Positions 45,555-58,179 of a DNA stretch of 64,000 bases are shown piece by piece. The stretch comes from Eukaryota sp. TZLM1-RC. Lineage: Eukaryota > Protista > Metamonada: BaSk clade. Location of the stretch: positions 620,001 through 684,000 of the forward strand of contig JAUPSS010000001.1 in assembly GCA_040285825.1 (NCBI GenBank), read 5' to 3'. The notes beneath the pieces are model-generated. The model had not been told where the DNA came from. It saw only the letters and a program-made list of their open reading frames with translations, and did no database searches. Numbering within the stretch: position 1 is the stretch's first letter; each line of letters starts with the position of its first letter. Made by a program: the position numbers and the translations under genes.

Positions 45555-48500
45555 ATGGTTAAGCCCGTACTTTCGTCACTTCTACTACCTGCTACCTTGT
45601 TCGTTTGTCTTTTATCTAGACAATCTTATTTCTTATTTGCTTTTGTTCCTTCGCTTTTTCTTGCTATTAAGTTTCCGAATCAGAAATAGCCCCCGCTGCT
45701 CTCTTTTGCATTATCCTTTCTTGGTTTAGTCGCTTCTGCAGTAATCATTCCATTTGACCTCCCCTTCTTCAGTCTTTATATATAGGTACTTGTTCTGATT
45801 CACTATGTATACCACCATTTGCGTACTATGGTTCACTTGTTTTCTTGTTATTCATCTATCTTCGACTGCAACCTTCTTCATGCACGCTCTCATGCACAAC
45901 TGCTTCTATTAGTGTAGCATCTGTAATTTCTTTTTTCTCATGTGGATTAGTATTAATTGCTACCTTCTTTTACCTTTCACCTTGGCTGATTCCGTTGCTG
46001 ATATATGGAATGATTCTGATTATTTTTAAATTAAGAACTTGTGGTTTTAAACGAGGTTATAGAGTTTTATTATTTTCTATTATTTCAATTAATTTAACAT
46101 TTATTTCTTTTTCTAAACAACCAAGAGCTGTGACGTTACTTTCAGCAGCTTTCTTTCTATTTTTGAACCCTTTTTGGTCTATTGGTGACGTTTTCGCCAC
46201 GTCAGCATAGGTACTTTTGAAATTTTGAGAATTATTTACACAATTGACCACTCTATTATTGTTTTTACTGCATCTTTATTAATCACCTTAAATTTACCTA
46301 CAGTTCCATTTATTTTACTATTCTTATTATCAGTTCACTATATTCTTCATCCTTTATCATCAAATAAAAAAATTACAAATTTGGTGTTATTTATTTCTTT
46401 TGGTTTTGTTTTACTATTTTATTCCACTTTCTCTTCTTTTTATTTCCTCAATCTGTGATTCTCAATTCGCAATTGTGTTGGGCGTTTGTAAGACCCAATC
46501 TTATTATTATTCAGTTATTATCTTTATTTTTAATTTCTTCTTTATCTCATTTAAATTATTTACTAAGAAGAATAGATGGTGAAAGTAGAACCTCTTTGTC
46601 TTTTCAATCTCCTTTATTCTTAAAATTCAAATCAGTAATTGGAGTTTGCTTTATTAGCATATACTTGTTATTTAGAGTTTGTTTATTGGAAATTGTTATA
46701 TTAGCAATCTTTGTGGTTATTGTTTTACTCCCAATTGTTGGAATTCGAAATTCTTTAATTGACTTTATAGGATTTTTCTAGTTTTGTTTTTGGTCATTGC
46801 TAGTTTATTTATAATCCAATACACCCCAGTAATGGATTATTTATCCACACTTCTCCCAGCTCATTATGTAGACGTGATATCACGTTATCATTTTGACCTT
46901 TTATTTGATCGATTTGTTTTTCTTATTTTTCCAGTATTATCTTTTGTTTTTCTTAAGGGAATTGACTTTAATCAGCGCTTCATTTCCCTTTCAAGACCTT
47001 CAATTATCAAAAATTTAGTCGTTTTCATTCTAGTAATTTCAACGTTCCAACCATATATTTTAAATCTAATTCCGTTAATAATTTGTATTTTTGATTTAAC
47101 TCTAATCAAACACACAAACAGAACTAGTAGGAAGCTGCTTTATCTAATAACCTCAATTTTAACAATAACTCGATTAACAATTACTTATTTATCAATAGCA
47201 TTGCCTCAAGATTTTATTAAAAGTCCCATATTTAAAATATTTGCATTACCCTCACTCAACCATTGTGACTCTGTTTTTTGTCTAGAGCATGCTTTAATTT
47301 TATTACCTTTGGTTATTCAATTAATCATTTCTACCTCCTTCATCAAATCACCTTCCCCATCAATCACGTCACCTGTGATTGCTTTATTTACATCTCAATT
47401 CCAACTACTTGGCCCAGCTTTCATGCATACAGTGGCAGTAGTGTTTGCTTGGGTATCTATTCTATCTATAAGAGATCCTTTTTCTATTATTCTAGGAGCT
47501 TCTTGCTTAGGCTTCCTCAGTTCTCATCATTGGAGACATCGGAAAAAACTTGTTTGGTTGGTTCTGTTGGGGTTAGTGTTTGGGGTTGTTTCCAAAATTT
47601 TGTTGTCTTCTTTATGTGATCTCTATCCTGATCTCCATTCTTCATGGCCAAAATTTTACGAATTTTTCGGAGTGTCTTGCACATCCAACTCTTTCCTTTT
47701 TCACTTCAGTTTCCCCATTTTAGCCATATTTTGCCTCTATAGATCCATGGCCAATCCTCTTGACTTGAGCTTATACTGCCCCGAAACTGAAGATGAAGTT
47801 TCTCCCATCGCTTTTAGAATTGAAAAGTTTTTGTTACCGCTTTTAAGACCTTGTCTAATTATTTTATTGTTCTTTATCGGTGTTCAACGTGCATCTGTTC
47901 CTGCTTTGCTTTACGTAATTGTAGCACTTTGGTTGGTGTATTCGGACTCTGTTTTTACTGAGCTGAAAAGGGCAAAAACTTTCACGTTTTGTTTGTATGT
48001 TTTAAACTGCTCTGTTTTGATTTCACAATCAATATTTCAGTTGAGCTTTTTCAGTGAATCTTCTGATCTCTTCTCGATCTCTTCTATTCTAGGTCTAGAT
48101 CAATACCATTCTTACTACTCGGCGCTCAAATTATCAGCTTCACTTTTGGATTTCATTGTCCACGGCATCTCTTCTTCTTTGGATGTATTGGTTTACTCTG
48201 CTTCCTTTAAAAGATATCTTTCTTCAGTTAAAACCAGCAGAGATTTGGCCATTCAACGAGTCTTGGATGATGAAAAGTTAAGTAAGCTTAGGCGGGAAAG
48301 GATTTTAAAGCAACAGTTAACAGAGAAGGAAGCTACTGAAAGCAGATTGGAAATGTTAAAGTCCAAAAGACTTGGTAAAAGAGATTTATCAGCTCGTCAA
48401 ATATTTGAAGAAGAGATCAAAGCACATCAGGACGTTTTAAGTGACTTGTCAAGTAGTGCAGAAGAGATCAAAAAGGATCATGATGACCTGTCAGGTCAAG

Positions 48501-50853
48501 AGAAGTCAAGTGACGTTGACGTATCTACTGATCAGAAACTTGATGAAGAGGTCACACCAGATCAAGATGACACGTCTGAGCCTCAACCATCATTTTTACT
48601 TCGAATGGCAACCAAACTTCAGTCAATCATTTTGAACTTCTTCAATATCAACATTTCTGACCTACCACCACGTCATCAAACGTCACCATTACGTTGGTTA
48701 AAGCACAATATTTATAGATACTCTTCTGTATTGTCTTGCTTGCTGTGCTATCTCGCTGCTTTGTGGTTTCCTTCAATTCCCACCGTGATGATTGCTTTCA
48801 CCACGATCACTTTTGGTTTAATGTCCAAATATGGAGGCAAAGCTAGGTTTTGGCGGTTTATTTTGGGAATTTATCTATCTTTATTATTAATCCATTACAT
48901 TTTCACCTTTCCTTTCTTTTGTTTTTGCGTTTCGCCATCAGATTCAATTACCATTTCCCTTGGTAAGTCATGTCTAGATCCCACCAAGTGTCCTGTTCCA
49001 AGGGAGCTTATCGATCCATCCAGTCACCCCTCAGCCCTAAGTTCGCAACTCATTTACCTTGTTGGTATTGCTCCTATAGGCAGCTTCCTCTTCTCCTACC
49101 CTCCCTTGCTGATTGCTGCATTGGGTATCGTTCTTCATCGTTCTATCTCGTTTAGAATGGGCAGGTGGGGAATTGATGTAGAGGAGAGAGTTGGGGTTCG
49201 TCAAGTTTGGGGTAGGGTCGTGGTCTTCTTCAAGACTCTAATGGAGAAGCGTTTCGACGCTATTGGAGTAGACCTCTACCCATTTATGTTTTTTATTGAT
49301 ATACTTCAGTTAATTGCGCTTCCATTTGCCTTTTTTAGTAGCTCAACAGCTTCCCAGTCGGTAATCCAATCAGTCCAGCTCAGTTATTTACCTGGTTTCC
49401 TTGCAATTTGGTTGATTGTTCAGTTTCTGTTAATCATTATTGATAGAACTCTTTTCTATTTGAGATTTGCAAGACTCAAAGCTCTGGTTCATTTTATTTC
49501 TAATTTCACTGTGTTAATTGTTTTTTGTTTAATTTTCCCCGCAGTAATCACGAATTACCAATTAATGCACCTTTTCTCCTAGTCGCGGCCTTTCTGCGGT
49601 TTGTGGCTGCCGTGTTGAGCTCTCTACAACTTCGTTTTGGTTTTCCGCCACCTTCTTCCAAAGTCTTTTTGATGAAGTCTTACGGTTCTTTTAATAATTA
49701 TGGATACCAAGCATTTAGAGTCATTCCTTTTCTTTATGAAATGAAATGTTTGTTGGATTGGTCTTTGACTACTACTGCTTTGGAATTTAATTACTGGATG
49801 CGAATAGAAGATATTTATTCATCGTTGTTTTTAATCAAATGCAGAAGGTTATCTACAGCGAAAAGGGGTCGAAATTTTGGTGACCCACAACCAAAATTTG
49901 ACAAATTTTCGCAAGGTTTTCTTTTGTTTTTCGGTCTTACGCTTTTATTATGTTTGCCCTTAATTTTATTTAGTTCTGCTAACCCAGTCTCCAAACCAAA
50001 CTCTATCCAACAGGCCAGTATTGATGTAAGTTTCAATAACTACTTGCCCATTTTCTCTCAGCATGAAGTGCACAAAGTCGATGTTATCCCGGCTACACAA
50101 TACAATGCAATTGTTAACCAACACTCCTTGCTCCGCGATTCTAACCGTGCAGATGTACGAAAGATTACCTTTTTCACTTCATCTGATTCTGTGTGGACCA
50201 TTGCTCCTCCTGCCATGAACGGGCTAGTAGAAGCTTTGGAGGATGGAAGGGGAATAGTATCTGTTACTTTGTCGTTTAACAGACACTATCCAAGCGATAG
50301 GAGGACAGCAAAGGGATGGTACTCGTTCAATTTAGATCATGAACATTGTTTAGAGTTGGCCAAGTTATTTTCTGGTGATTTAGAAGAAGTAACAATACCT
50401 TTACTTCCAAGAGCTGCATTAATTCCTCTGGCCGAATCACCAATCTTTTCTGATCAACGTGAGGATACTCTCATTCAACGCAGAGAACGTGACGGACAGA
50501 CTTATTGGTTGATCAAGGATGCTGATTCAAGAGAACCATTCTATATGTATACTTATAGTTTAGAATCGACCGCTGCACTTGGTGCTTATGCCAGCGGGGG
50601 TTTGATTGGATTGTATCTATCAATTGTGATTGGTGTTGGTAGGTTTGTTCGACTTTCATTTTCGGACAGCAAATCCCAAATTTTTGTTTCGGCTCTCCCA
50701 AATGTGGATAAATTACTTGAAATCTGTGAGGATTTGTTCCTGGCCAGGAGTATCTCAGATTTGGTCCTTGAAGAATCAATTTACAAGGAAATCATTCAGA
50801 TATATAGAGATCCAGATACTTTGATTGAATTAACCACACCACCAGTTAAATAG
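45555..50853 (+). CDS. PIEZO: Piezo-family channel, copy 2 (multiple frameshifts, in-frame ~408-bp deletion)
   Basis: Near-identical to copy 1 with the same PFEW motif; indels in the 5' part and near 49540. May be a pseudogene. Confidence 0.85.
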
Positions 50854-51145
50854 TTATTGGTGATAGGTAGTTAATTTAAATAGTGTTTTCGTGCTATATC
50901 TTTTGAATAAATAAAGCAGTATCTTTTTTGAGCTACTGTCTCGTTATCCGCTACGTTAACTCCAATAATCAATTTCAACAAAATGGTTTTAAAACAAGCT
51001 TTTCATGGGATGGATGCTCTTTAATTGAGCGACCTTTTTCACTTCACCTTTTCTAGTGTAGCTTCTGAAATACTTCCACAACAAATCGCATTCGCCAAAG
51101 TTTATTGGGTGCAAAACTTAATTACATTGAACTATAAGGAAACAT

Positions 51146-51529
51146 CTACGAAAAAAATTTATTAACTACATCCTTAGAATGATGTTCCACTGCATGCTGA
51201 ATTAATTCAGACTCAGTGATTGGGACAAAAGCATCACACAAATTACATCGTTTAACTCGTGACGGACACTGTCTGTAATGGGCAGCATACTCACTTCTAG
51301 TGGTGGCATAGTCACACATACAGCAAGTAACTGAAAGATTTCCTATGATTCGTCTAATGGGGAGACATGGGTTAAGTTTAAAGGCAGAACTACGGCACGA
51401 AGGACAGGAATCTACCTTTGCACATTCGCTGCAAAAAAGTGTATTACAACAAGAAATTTCAACAGCATCGTGCAAGACTTCCATACAAATTGAGCATTCA
51501 AAGTGAGTTGTATCATTTGAACTGACCAT
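51146..51529 (-). CDS. Small RING finger plus TRAF-type Zn finger protein
   Basis: CSICMEVLHDAVEISCCNTLFCSEC...CPSC followed by CCMC...H...C and CNLC...H; ATG at 51529. Confidence 0.8.
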   Translation of the reverse strand: MVSSNDTTHFECSICMEVLHDAVEISCCNTLFCSECAKVDSCPSCRSSAFKLNPCLPIRRIIGNLSVTCCMCDYATTRSEYAAHYRQCPSRVKRCNLCDAFVPITESELIQHAVEHHSKDVVNKFFS

Positions 51530-51563
51530 ACAATTTCGTAATGATTCAATAGGTACGGAAAGG

Positions 51564-52853
51564 TCAAGGAACTTTGCTTGACCTTGCATGATTTGGACCA
51601 GTTTCACGCCCGTGTGGTTTAATTTTTTGTTGGTGGGAAAAATAACACCCGAGTGACGAAAATACATTAGGGTGATGATTGGGTTGAGGTTGTGGTTGAG
51701 GAACATGCGGTGATGGATAAGAATCTCGGCGCATTTGGGGATCAGGGTTATTGTCTTGAGGAGCAGGTTGGCGGATAACAGGTGCATTGAGGATGGAAGT
51801 TGGGAGACAAAACTTGGTAAAAATCTTCCTGGCAGTTGGCATCTGTGCTGCTCTATGGCTAAGTGGTACATCATATCTTTCGTGGAAGACAAACATAGCA
51901 ACCTTGTCTCCTTCTGTAATAGGGTTAGAGACGATACAATTGTCTACGTTAATTAAGACACATCTTGGTTCCATATGACCATCCATTTTGGCCAGAATGA
52001 AAGAGGTTGAGTTTGAGAGCACAAAGTAGCCATTGCCTTTGCTATGGATAACATAGTCTGATGCTGGGAGTTCTATGGAGGAGCACTGGGAGTTATCTAA
52101 AGGCATCACGACTAATTGCTGGCTCTGAGATAAGGTAACACCAAGATAATGGTTGTTGATAAAACCTATGGATGATCCAGTAATGTTCATGTGGACATGA
52201 TAATCTTCCAGCCTATCATTGAAAAGATTAACAGAAGAGGTTGTCATGAGTGCGAGTATGCCATTATGCAATGCGGCCTGACAAGCAAATAAACCCTCCC
52301 TTTTAGCAAACTTAATGAATTGAGGAGGTGTGACTCCACCTTGGATTTCTACAAGTTCTTGTTGGAGAGCATCTCGGAGTTGGACCTGTAAAATGAGACA
52401 TTGTGAAGTTTCGCCCAAATTGTATACGATATAGAGATTTTCTCTATCTGAAACAGCACAAACAGGATGATCAGGAGATCCAGAAACCCTAATGCGTGTG
52501 GTTGTCTTCAATTCAGGTTTGGTATCGGAGTTTCGTTGCCAATGACGAAGGCATACTTCGTTTTCAGATTCAACCTTTACAAATTCAACCGATACAGAGG
52601 AATCCTCGTGGAGTGTTACAACATCAGATAAATCGGAAATCATGGGGCAAAAGGACTTTCTATTTTGGAAATCGGAGGGGTGAACATGAAGCCCAACATC
52701 ATGCTGAGCAAACAGTAGATGATCAGAGAGCACAAGCTTCTGTATATTTGCTTTTGTAGATTTTTGCGTTACTTCAGGAATGTCCAAAAGGTGTAATTGT
52801 TGAAAGCTTGACCTATCACATTGGTTGAGTGACTTAACTTGTGGTGTTTCCAT
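51564..52853 (-). CDS. Hypothetical protein, possibly a beta-propeller with a Pro/Gln-rich tail
   Basis: 429-aa ORF from the ATG at 52853; beta-strand-like pattern only. Confidence 0.6.
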   Translation of the reverse strand: METPQVKSLNQCDRSSFQQLHLLDIPEVTQKSTKANIQKLVLSDHLLFAQHDVGLHVHPSDFQNRKSFCPMISDLSDVVTLHEDSSVSVEFVKVESENEVCLRHWQRNSDTKPELKTTTRIRVSGSPDHPVCAVSDRENLYIVYNLGETSQCLILQVQLRDALQQELVEIQGGVTPPQFIKFAKREGLFACQAALHNGILALMTTSSVNLFNDRLEDYHVHMNITGSSIGFINNHYLGVTLSQSQQLVVMPLDNSQCSSIELPASDYVIHSKGNGYFVLSNSTSFILAKMDGHMEPRCVLINVDNCIVSNPITEGDKVAMFVFHERYDVPLSHRAAQMPTARKIFTKFCLPTSILNAPVIRQPAPQDNNPDPQMRRDSYPSPHVPQPQPQPNHHPNVFSSLGCYFSHQQKIKPHGRETGPNHARSSKVP

Positions 52854-53694
52854 GATGAATCTTTGTAGTGTTTTAGCGAAAAAATATTCTGTTGGAAAGA
52901 TGAAATTCTTGATACAGAATTTATATAGTTGAACAGTACGAGGACTGTTCTCCTTCAGATTTCTCATAAATTTGTCACAATGATAATGTTGTAATTGCAA
53001 GTTGCAACTGACAAAAGCAATAATAGTTAAAGACTATTATCGGTATTATAAGGTTCAGGTAATAAACCTAGATCGTGGGTTACTAGCAGAATTTAGGTTC
53101 AAATTCATTAAAATAATGTGGACATAATGGGTGTAAATTTTTTTTGCAAAACCACAATCAATCTGTTTTGCAATTTTTAACCTCGTTTTTTAACCCTTTG
53201 CTGAGTTTTGTGAGCTTACTAGCCTATCTTGAAATAAAATCTTCTGAAAAATTATTAATGCTTTGAACCATTACCAAACAAACCATTAAACGAGTGCCAC
53301 AACACCACGTGAAACTCTGATATATCCACATGAATAAGTAGTTTAAGTTTGTTTGGTGAACCTTTTTGCGGCAAAACTGCAAAATAAAAAGAGAAAAATC
53401 GTTCGGAATTTAATTAAATTAATTAAATAAATTTGAGGGTGACAATGTCAGTACAGCCGACTCGGCTGCCTCTGTAAACACGGCCAAAACTACCCTCTCC
53501 AATAAGATCAAGTACAAGATCAATATATCAGTATAGATCAGTATAAGATCAAGGTGGTCTAGATGGGGCACATATAGATCGTCACAAATATGTGAAATAT
53601 GTTGTGTGAAATGGCACGTAGTGATGATGATCATTGAAATCAGGCATGAAGGAATGTTCATTGGCAATTTTGGTAATTATCATAATTTCTCACA

Positions 53695-56600
53695 ATGCTC
53701 TCGTGTCCACATTGTTCAATGGATTTCAACGAAGAGTCTCGTGTGCCACTGGTAGTTTGCAGTCAGCGCCATAGTGTATGCGGTGTATGCTCTGATGCTG
53801 TGGAATCCTGTCCGATCTGCAATGAAGATATCCTGCCGTCACCGGAAGTCAACATCAGTTTGCGCGATATAGCCAAAGCTTCTTGCAAGGAGGACCTCTG
53901 TGTACACATTCCCTCTAACCAGGTCAAACTTTTGCACATGATTGGACAAGGAGGATATGCACAGGTGTTTGCCGCTTCTTGGTTTGATTCAGACGTCGCC
54001 GCCAAGACTGTTGCTCTCACAGAAGAAGGTAAGAAACGACTCTGGAAAGAGATTGGTATTATGGCCAAGATTGATCATCCCTTTATCCTCCGCGTTTTTG
54101 GTCTGGTCAGCTTAATGGACAGACTCGCCATAATTATGGAACTTGCTGAAGGTTCTCTGTCAGTGCCGTCAAGATTGACTAAACAAAGTCTCTTGTTTGC
54201 CAAGAAGATCTGCCAGGCAGTCCGTTTCCTGCACTCCAAATCACTTGCACATGGAGATCTCAAGCCCGAAAACATTCTTTTTGTCAATGGGCAAATCAAA
54301 TTGGCCGATTTTGGAACATCCAGGACTGTTGCCAAGACTTCCACGGCCACCAATCTATCATGTACAGCTCGGTATGCAGCCTTGGAACAGTTTGAGAACA
54401 AATTGTCTCTTGCCTCAGACATCTATGCGATTGGAATCATCCTTTGTGAGTTACTTTGTAATTATAGGCCATTTGTCAATATGGATCAGCTTGCCATAAT
54501 GGGAGCTAAGTATTTCAAGACACCATTTGCTTTGGGTGAACACGTTCCCAGTGTGCTCAAAGAATTAATCGCCCAATGTTGCTCTTCAGATCCAGCTGCC
54601 AGACCAAGTATTGCTCAAGTTCTTCTAGTTTTGGATCAATTGGATGACTTTGCTGAAGAAGGTGATGAAAATCCTATTAGTATTAACAATGATGTTCAAA
54701 CGCAACTGCAATCTGCAAACTCCACAATCGAGTCTCTACGAAAGAATGTTACTGATTTGGAGGCTTCCAATCAACAACTCATCAACGATTTGACTGAACG
54801 GGATTCCAGAATTGCGCGGTTGGAAGAAGAAAGGGCCGGTATCAATGCTTCCAATCAACACCTCAGTCACTCTTTGGAAGAACGTGATGCTAGAATTGCT
54901 ATTATGGAAGAAGCTTTAAATGCCAGCAAGGCCGGTATTGCCGAGAAAGATACAGAAATTGCCAACCTTAGATCTACCATTGATGAATTGGAAAAGCAAA
55001 ATACTCTACTCAGTAGAACTAATTCTGACTTATCAAGCAGAATTGCTGACCTCGAAGCGTTGTTGAGAGAGTGCCATTGTAATCAACCTTTGAACACTAT
55101 CGATGATCATCATCCTCCATCAAAGGAAGAAATTTTGGAAGACATCAAGTCGAATGTAAATTGGAATAGATTGGGGGATAAGGTGAAGGAGGGTGTTGAG
55201 GATTTGGTTGATGGTTCTATCACTAAATTGAGTCTTCAGTTCGACGACGACGACGAGAGCAATTCCTCTGACTCAACTCTGACTGAATTGGATCTTCGGT
55301 ACAACAACATTACCGCTGAAGGCGCTAGTGCTCTCGCCCGTGCTCTGGAGAGCAATTTCACTCTGACTACATTGCATCTTGAGAACATCAACATTACCGT
55401 TGAAGGCGCTAGTGCTCTCGCCCGTGCTCTGGAGAGCAATTCCACTCTGACTGAATTGGATCTTTGTGAAAACAACATTACCGATGAAGGCGCTAGTGCT
55501 CTCGCCCGTGCTCTGGAGAGCAATTCCACTCTGACTACATTGGGTCTTCGGTACAACGAAATTACCGCTGAAGGCGCTAGTGCTCTCGCCCGTGCTCTGG
55601 AGAGCAATTCCACTCTGACTGAATTGAATCTTAGGGACAACAACATTACCTCTGAAGGCGCTAGTGCTCTCGCCCGTGCTTTGGAGAACAATTCCACTCT
55701 GACTAAATTGGTTCTTGGGGAAAACAACATTACCTCTGAAGGCGCTAGTGCTCTCGCCCGTGCTCTGGAGAACAATTCCACTCTGACTACATTGGGTCTT
55801 GAGCACAACGAAATTACCTCTGAAGGCGCTAGTGCTCTCGCCCGTGCTCTGGAGAGCAATTCCACTCTGACTGAATTGAATCTTTGGATCAACAGAATTA
55901 CCGCTGAAGGCGCTAGTGCTCTCGCCCGTGCTCTGGAGAGCAATTCCACTCTGACTGAATTGAATCTTTGGTGCAACAGAATTACCGCTGAAGGCGCTAG
56001 TGCTCTCGCCCGTGCTCTGGAGAGCAATTCCACTCTGACTGAATTGAATCTTCGGTCCACCGAAATTACCTCCGAAGGCGCTAGTGCTCTCGCCCGTGCT
56101 CTGGAGAGCAATTCCTCTCTGACTACATTGTATCTTTGGTCCAACAGCATTACCGATGAAGGCGCTAGTGCTCTCGCCCGTGCTCTGGAGAGCAATTCCA
56201 CTCTGACTACATTGTATCTTGAGTGCAACAACATTACCTCTGAAGGCGCTAGTGCTCTCGCCCGTGCTCTGGAGAGGAATTCCACTCTGACTGAATTGAA
56301 TCTTGACTCCAACAAAATTACCTCCGAAGGCGCTAGTGCTCTCGCCCGTGCTCTGGAGAGCAATTCCACTCTGACTTCATTGGATCTTCAGCACAACAAA
56401 ATTACCTCTGAAGGCGCTAGTGCTCTCGCCCGTGCTCTGGAGAGAAATTCTACTCTGACTACATTGGGTCTTGGGGGCAACAACATTACCTCTGAAGGCG
56501 CTAGTGCTCTCGCCCGTGCTCTGGAGAGAAATTCTACTCTGACTACATTGGGTCTTGGGGGCAACAACATTACCGCTGAAGGCGCTAGTGCTCTCGCCCG

Positions 56601-56703
56601 TGCTCTGGAGAGCAATTCCACTCTGACTGAATTGTATCTTTCGTACATTAATTCCAGACTTCGACAAATAGCATCTAATCGTCCTTCTCTTACCGTTTAT
56701 TAA
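53695..56703 (+). CDS. RING-like Zn finger / kinase / coiled coil / LRR protein, paralog 2
   Basis: Same architecture as 31642..33855, with 16 full LRRs plus a terminal one. Confidence 0.93.
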   Translation: MLSCPHCSMDFNEESRVPLVVCSQRHSVCGVCSDAVESCPICNEDILPSPEVNISLRDIAKASCKEDLCVHIPSNQVKLLHMIGQGGYAQVFAASWFDSDVAAKTVALTEEGKKRLWKEIGIMAKIDHPFILRVFGLVSLMDRLAIIMELAEGSLSVPSRLTKQSLLFAKKICQAVRFLHSKSLAHGDLKPENILFVNGQIKLADFGTSRTVAKTSTATNLSCTARYAALEQFENKLSLASDIYAIGIILCELLCNYRPFVNMDQLAIMGAKYFKTPFALGEHVPSVLKELIAQCCSSDPAARPSIAQVLLVLDQLDDFAEEGDENPISINNDVQTQLQSANSTIESLRKNVTDLEASNQQLINDLTERDSRIARLEEERAGINASNQHLSHSLEERDARIAIMEEALNASKAGIAEKDTEIANLRSTIDELEKQNTLLSRTNSDLSSRIADLEALLRECHCNQPLNTIDDHHPPSKEEILEDIKSNVNWNRLGDKVKEGVEDLVDGSITKLSLQFDDDDESNSSDSTLTELDLRYNNITAEGASALARALESNFTLTTLHLENINITVEGASALARALESNSTLTELDLCENNITDEGASALARALESNSTLTTLGLRYNEITAEGASALARALESNSTLTELNLRDNNITSEGASALARALENNSTLTKLVLGENNITSEGASALARALENNSTLTTLGLEHNEITSEGASALARALESNSTLTELNLWINRITAEGASALARALESNSTLTELNLWCNRITAEGASALARALESNSTLTELNLRSTEITSEGASALARALESNSSLTTLYLWSNSITDEGASALARALESNSTLTTLYLECNNITSEGASALARALERNSTLTELNLDSNKITSEGASALARALESNSTLTSLDLQHNKITSEGASALARALERNSTLTTLGLGGNNITSEGASALARALERNSTLTTLGLGGNNITAEGASALARALESNSTLTELYLSYINSRLRQIASNRPSLTVY
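55282..56640 (+). repeat. 84-bp coding tandem repeat (LRR array)
   Basis: 16 copies of the same 27-bp core at an 84-bp period. Confidence 0.95.
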
Positions 56704-56810
56704 ACATATTTCAATTACTTTTTTCATCAACACAAAACCAACTATAAAATCGTTCAACACCAATACAAATCAAAACCCAATATAAACTAGAAAAATCAAC
56801 AACCTCATTT

Positions 56811-56995
56811 GCCAACATCGTAGTCCAGTGGGTTTGCTCTTCGATCTCTGCTTTGGCAACAGGGTTCGAATCCTATCTGCTGCACTTCTGGCAAAAAGGG
56901 ACCCCAAAGTGGGAGCCAGCATTTCCTTTCCCACTTTCCGGGTCTGACTGCATGGTGCTTGATCAATGAGGGTGATTCTGAAGATTGGGCATTTT
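56811..56995 (+). repeat. tRNA-derived structured repeat, second copy
   Basis: Near-identical to 33966-34150. Confidence 0.55.
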
Positions 56996-58179
56996 CGATA
57001 TTTGTGGATCTTGATTTTGCATGTTACTCGCAAAAATTTCCTTTTGTGAGAAATTGTTACTGTAATTTTAACAAAAATATTCGTTTTCTACGCAGAATCA
57101 AATCAAATCAAAAGAAACTAAAACACACAAGAAACAAAACTATTTGGGAACACTTCTGTACAAAGCGAAAATGATACGATTCATCCACAAATTCCCTGCA
57201 AAATTGTTACTACTTGAACGACACAAATTACCAAAAATCATTGATAAAATTCAAGGCGGATTGTCCAATGTTGCCAAAAATCGAAAAGGCAAAAGGAACA
57301 AACGAAAACTTTGAGTAAAGATTCTTATTTAAATCATTTAATATTGCAGTATATTTTCCTCTTTTTCGGTCTTCACTAAGTAAAACATCATCACAATGAA
57401 TAAAAGCAAAGGTATCTCTTGATCATCAGAATCGAGACTAAAACAATTATTGTTTCCAGACGCATGTGTGGAAATTTTTTTAAACTCTTGAGGAACTTCG
57501 TAATTGACTTGGCCTTTGTTTGTGAATCTTGCAAGGCTGTAGATTGTTCAAAATAATATACGTGTTACAGCACAGGTAACTCCTCTATCTTCTATCTTCC
57601 TTTTCAATTTGCTTCTGGAAATTTACTAATAATTTAAAAGAAGGAATATGGGATATCACACGGTTATGGAAATTTGTTTGCTTAAAGCTAAAACAGTATT
57701 GTCTTACAACTCCAAAAATTCTTGAAAATACTAACGGAAACTGTTGCAGAGTTTATACCGGTTTAAAATTCGAATCAGATTTTTTGATCACTTAGAATTG
57801 TTGCAAAACCTGTATTGTTCTTCGATCGTGAACAAGACAAATTGTTTAATAACATGCTCTTAATTGAACCTATTTTATTGTTCTAGTGTTGTAGTGTTTT
57901 ATTCTAAGTGTTTCAAGAATATTCAGTTAACCAGAGAACGATCTTTATGAAGAGCTATCAAAATTGCCACTTCATAATCCTTTATAGACTGCTTTTACTT
58001 ATAAATTTTGTTTTGTTAAATTCGATTTAAAATAGGAATTTATGCAAAATTCATCACTATTTCACAATGTTTGCAAAATTCCGATCTCCTTTGATGAAAA
58101 GAGTAAAATTAAAGAGTACAACGTACCCTTATCGTAGGTAGGATGTGTTGCGCATGTTAAGTATTATTTTACAATTTTT

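Noticed and set aside
55282-56640. CRISPR-like array (constant repeat plus variable segment)
   Set aside because: In-frame 84-bp coding LRRs; the variable parts are homologous to each other and there are no cas genes.
55236-56763. Long antisense ORFs with RARARA repeats
   Set aside because: Shadow frames of the LRR array.
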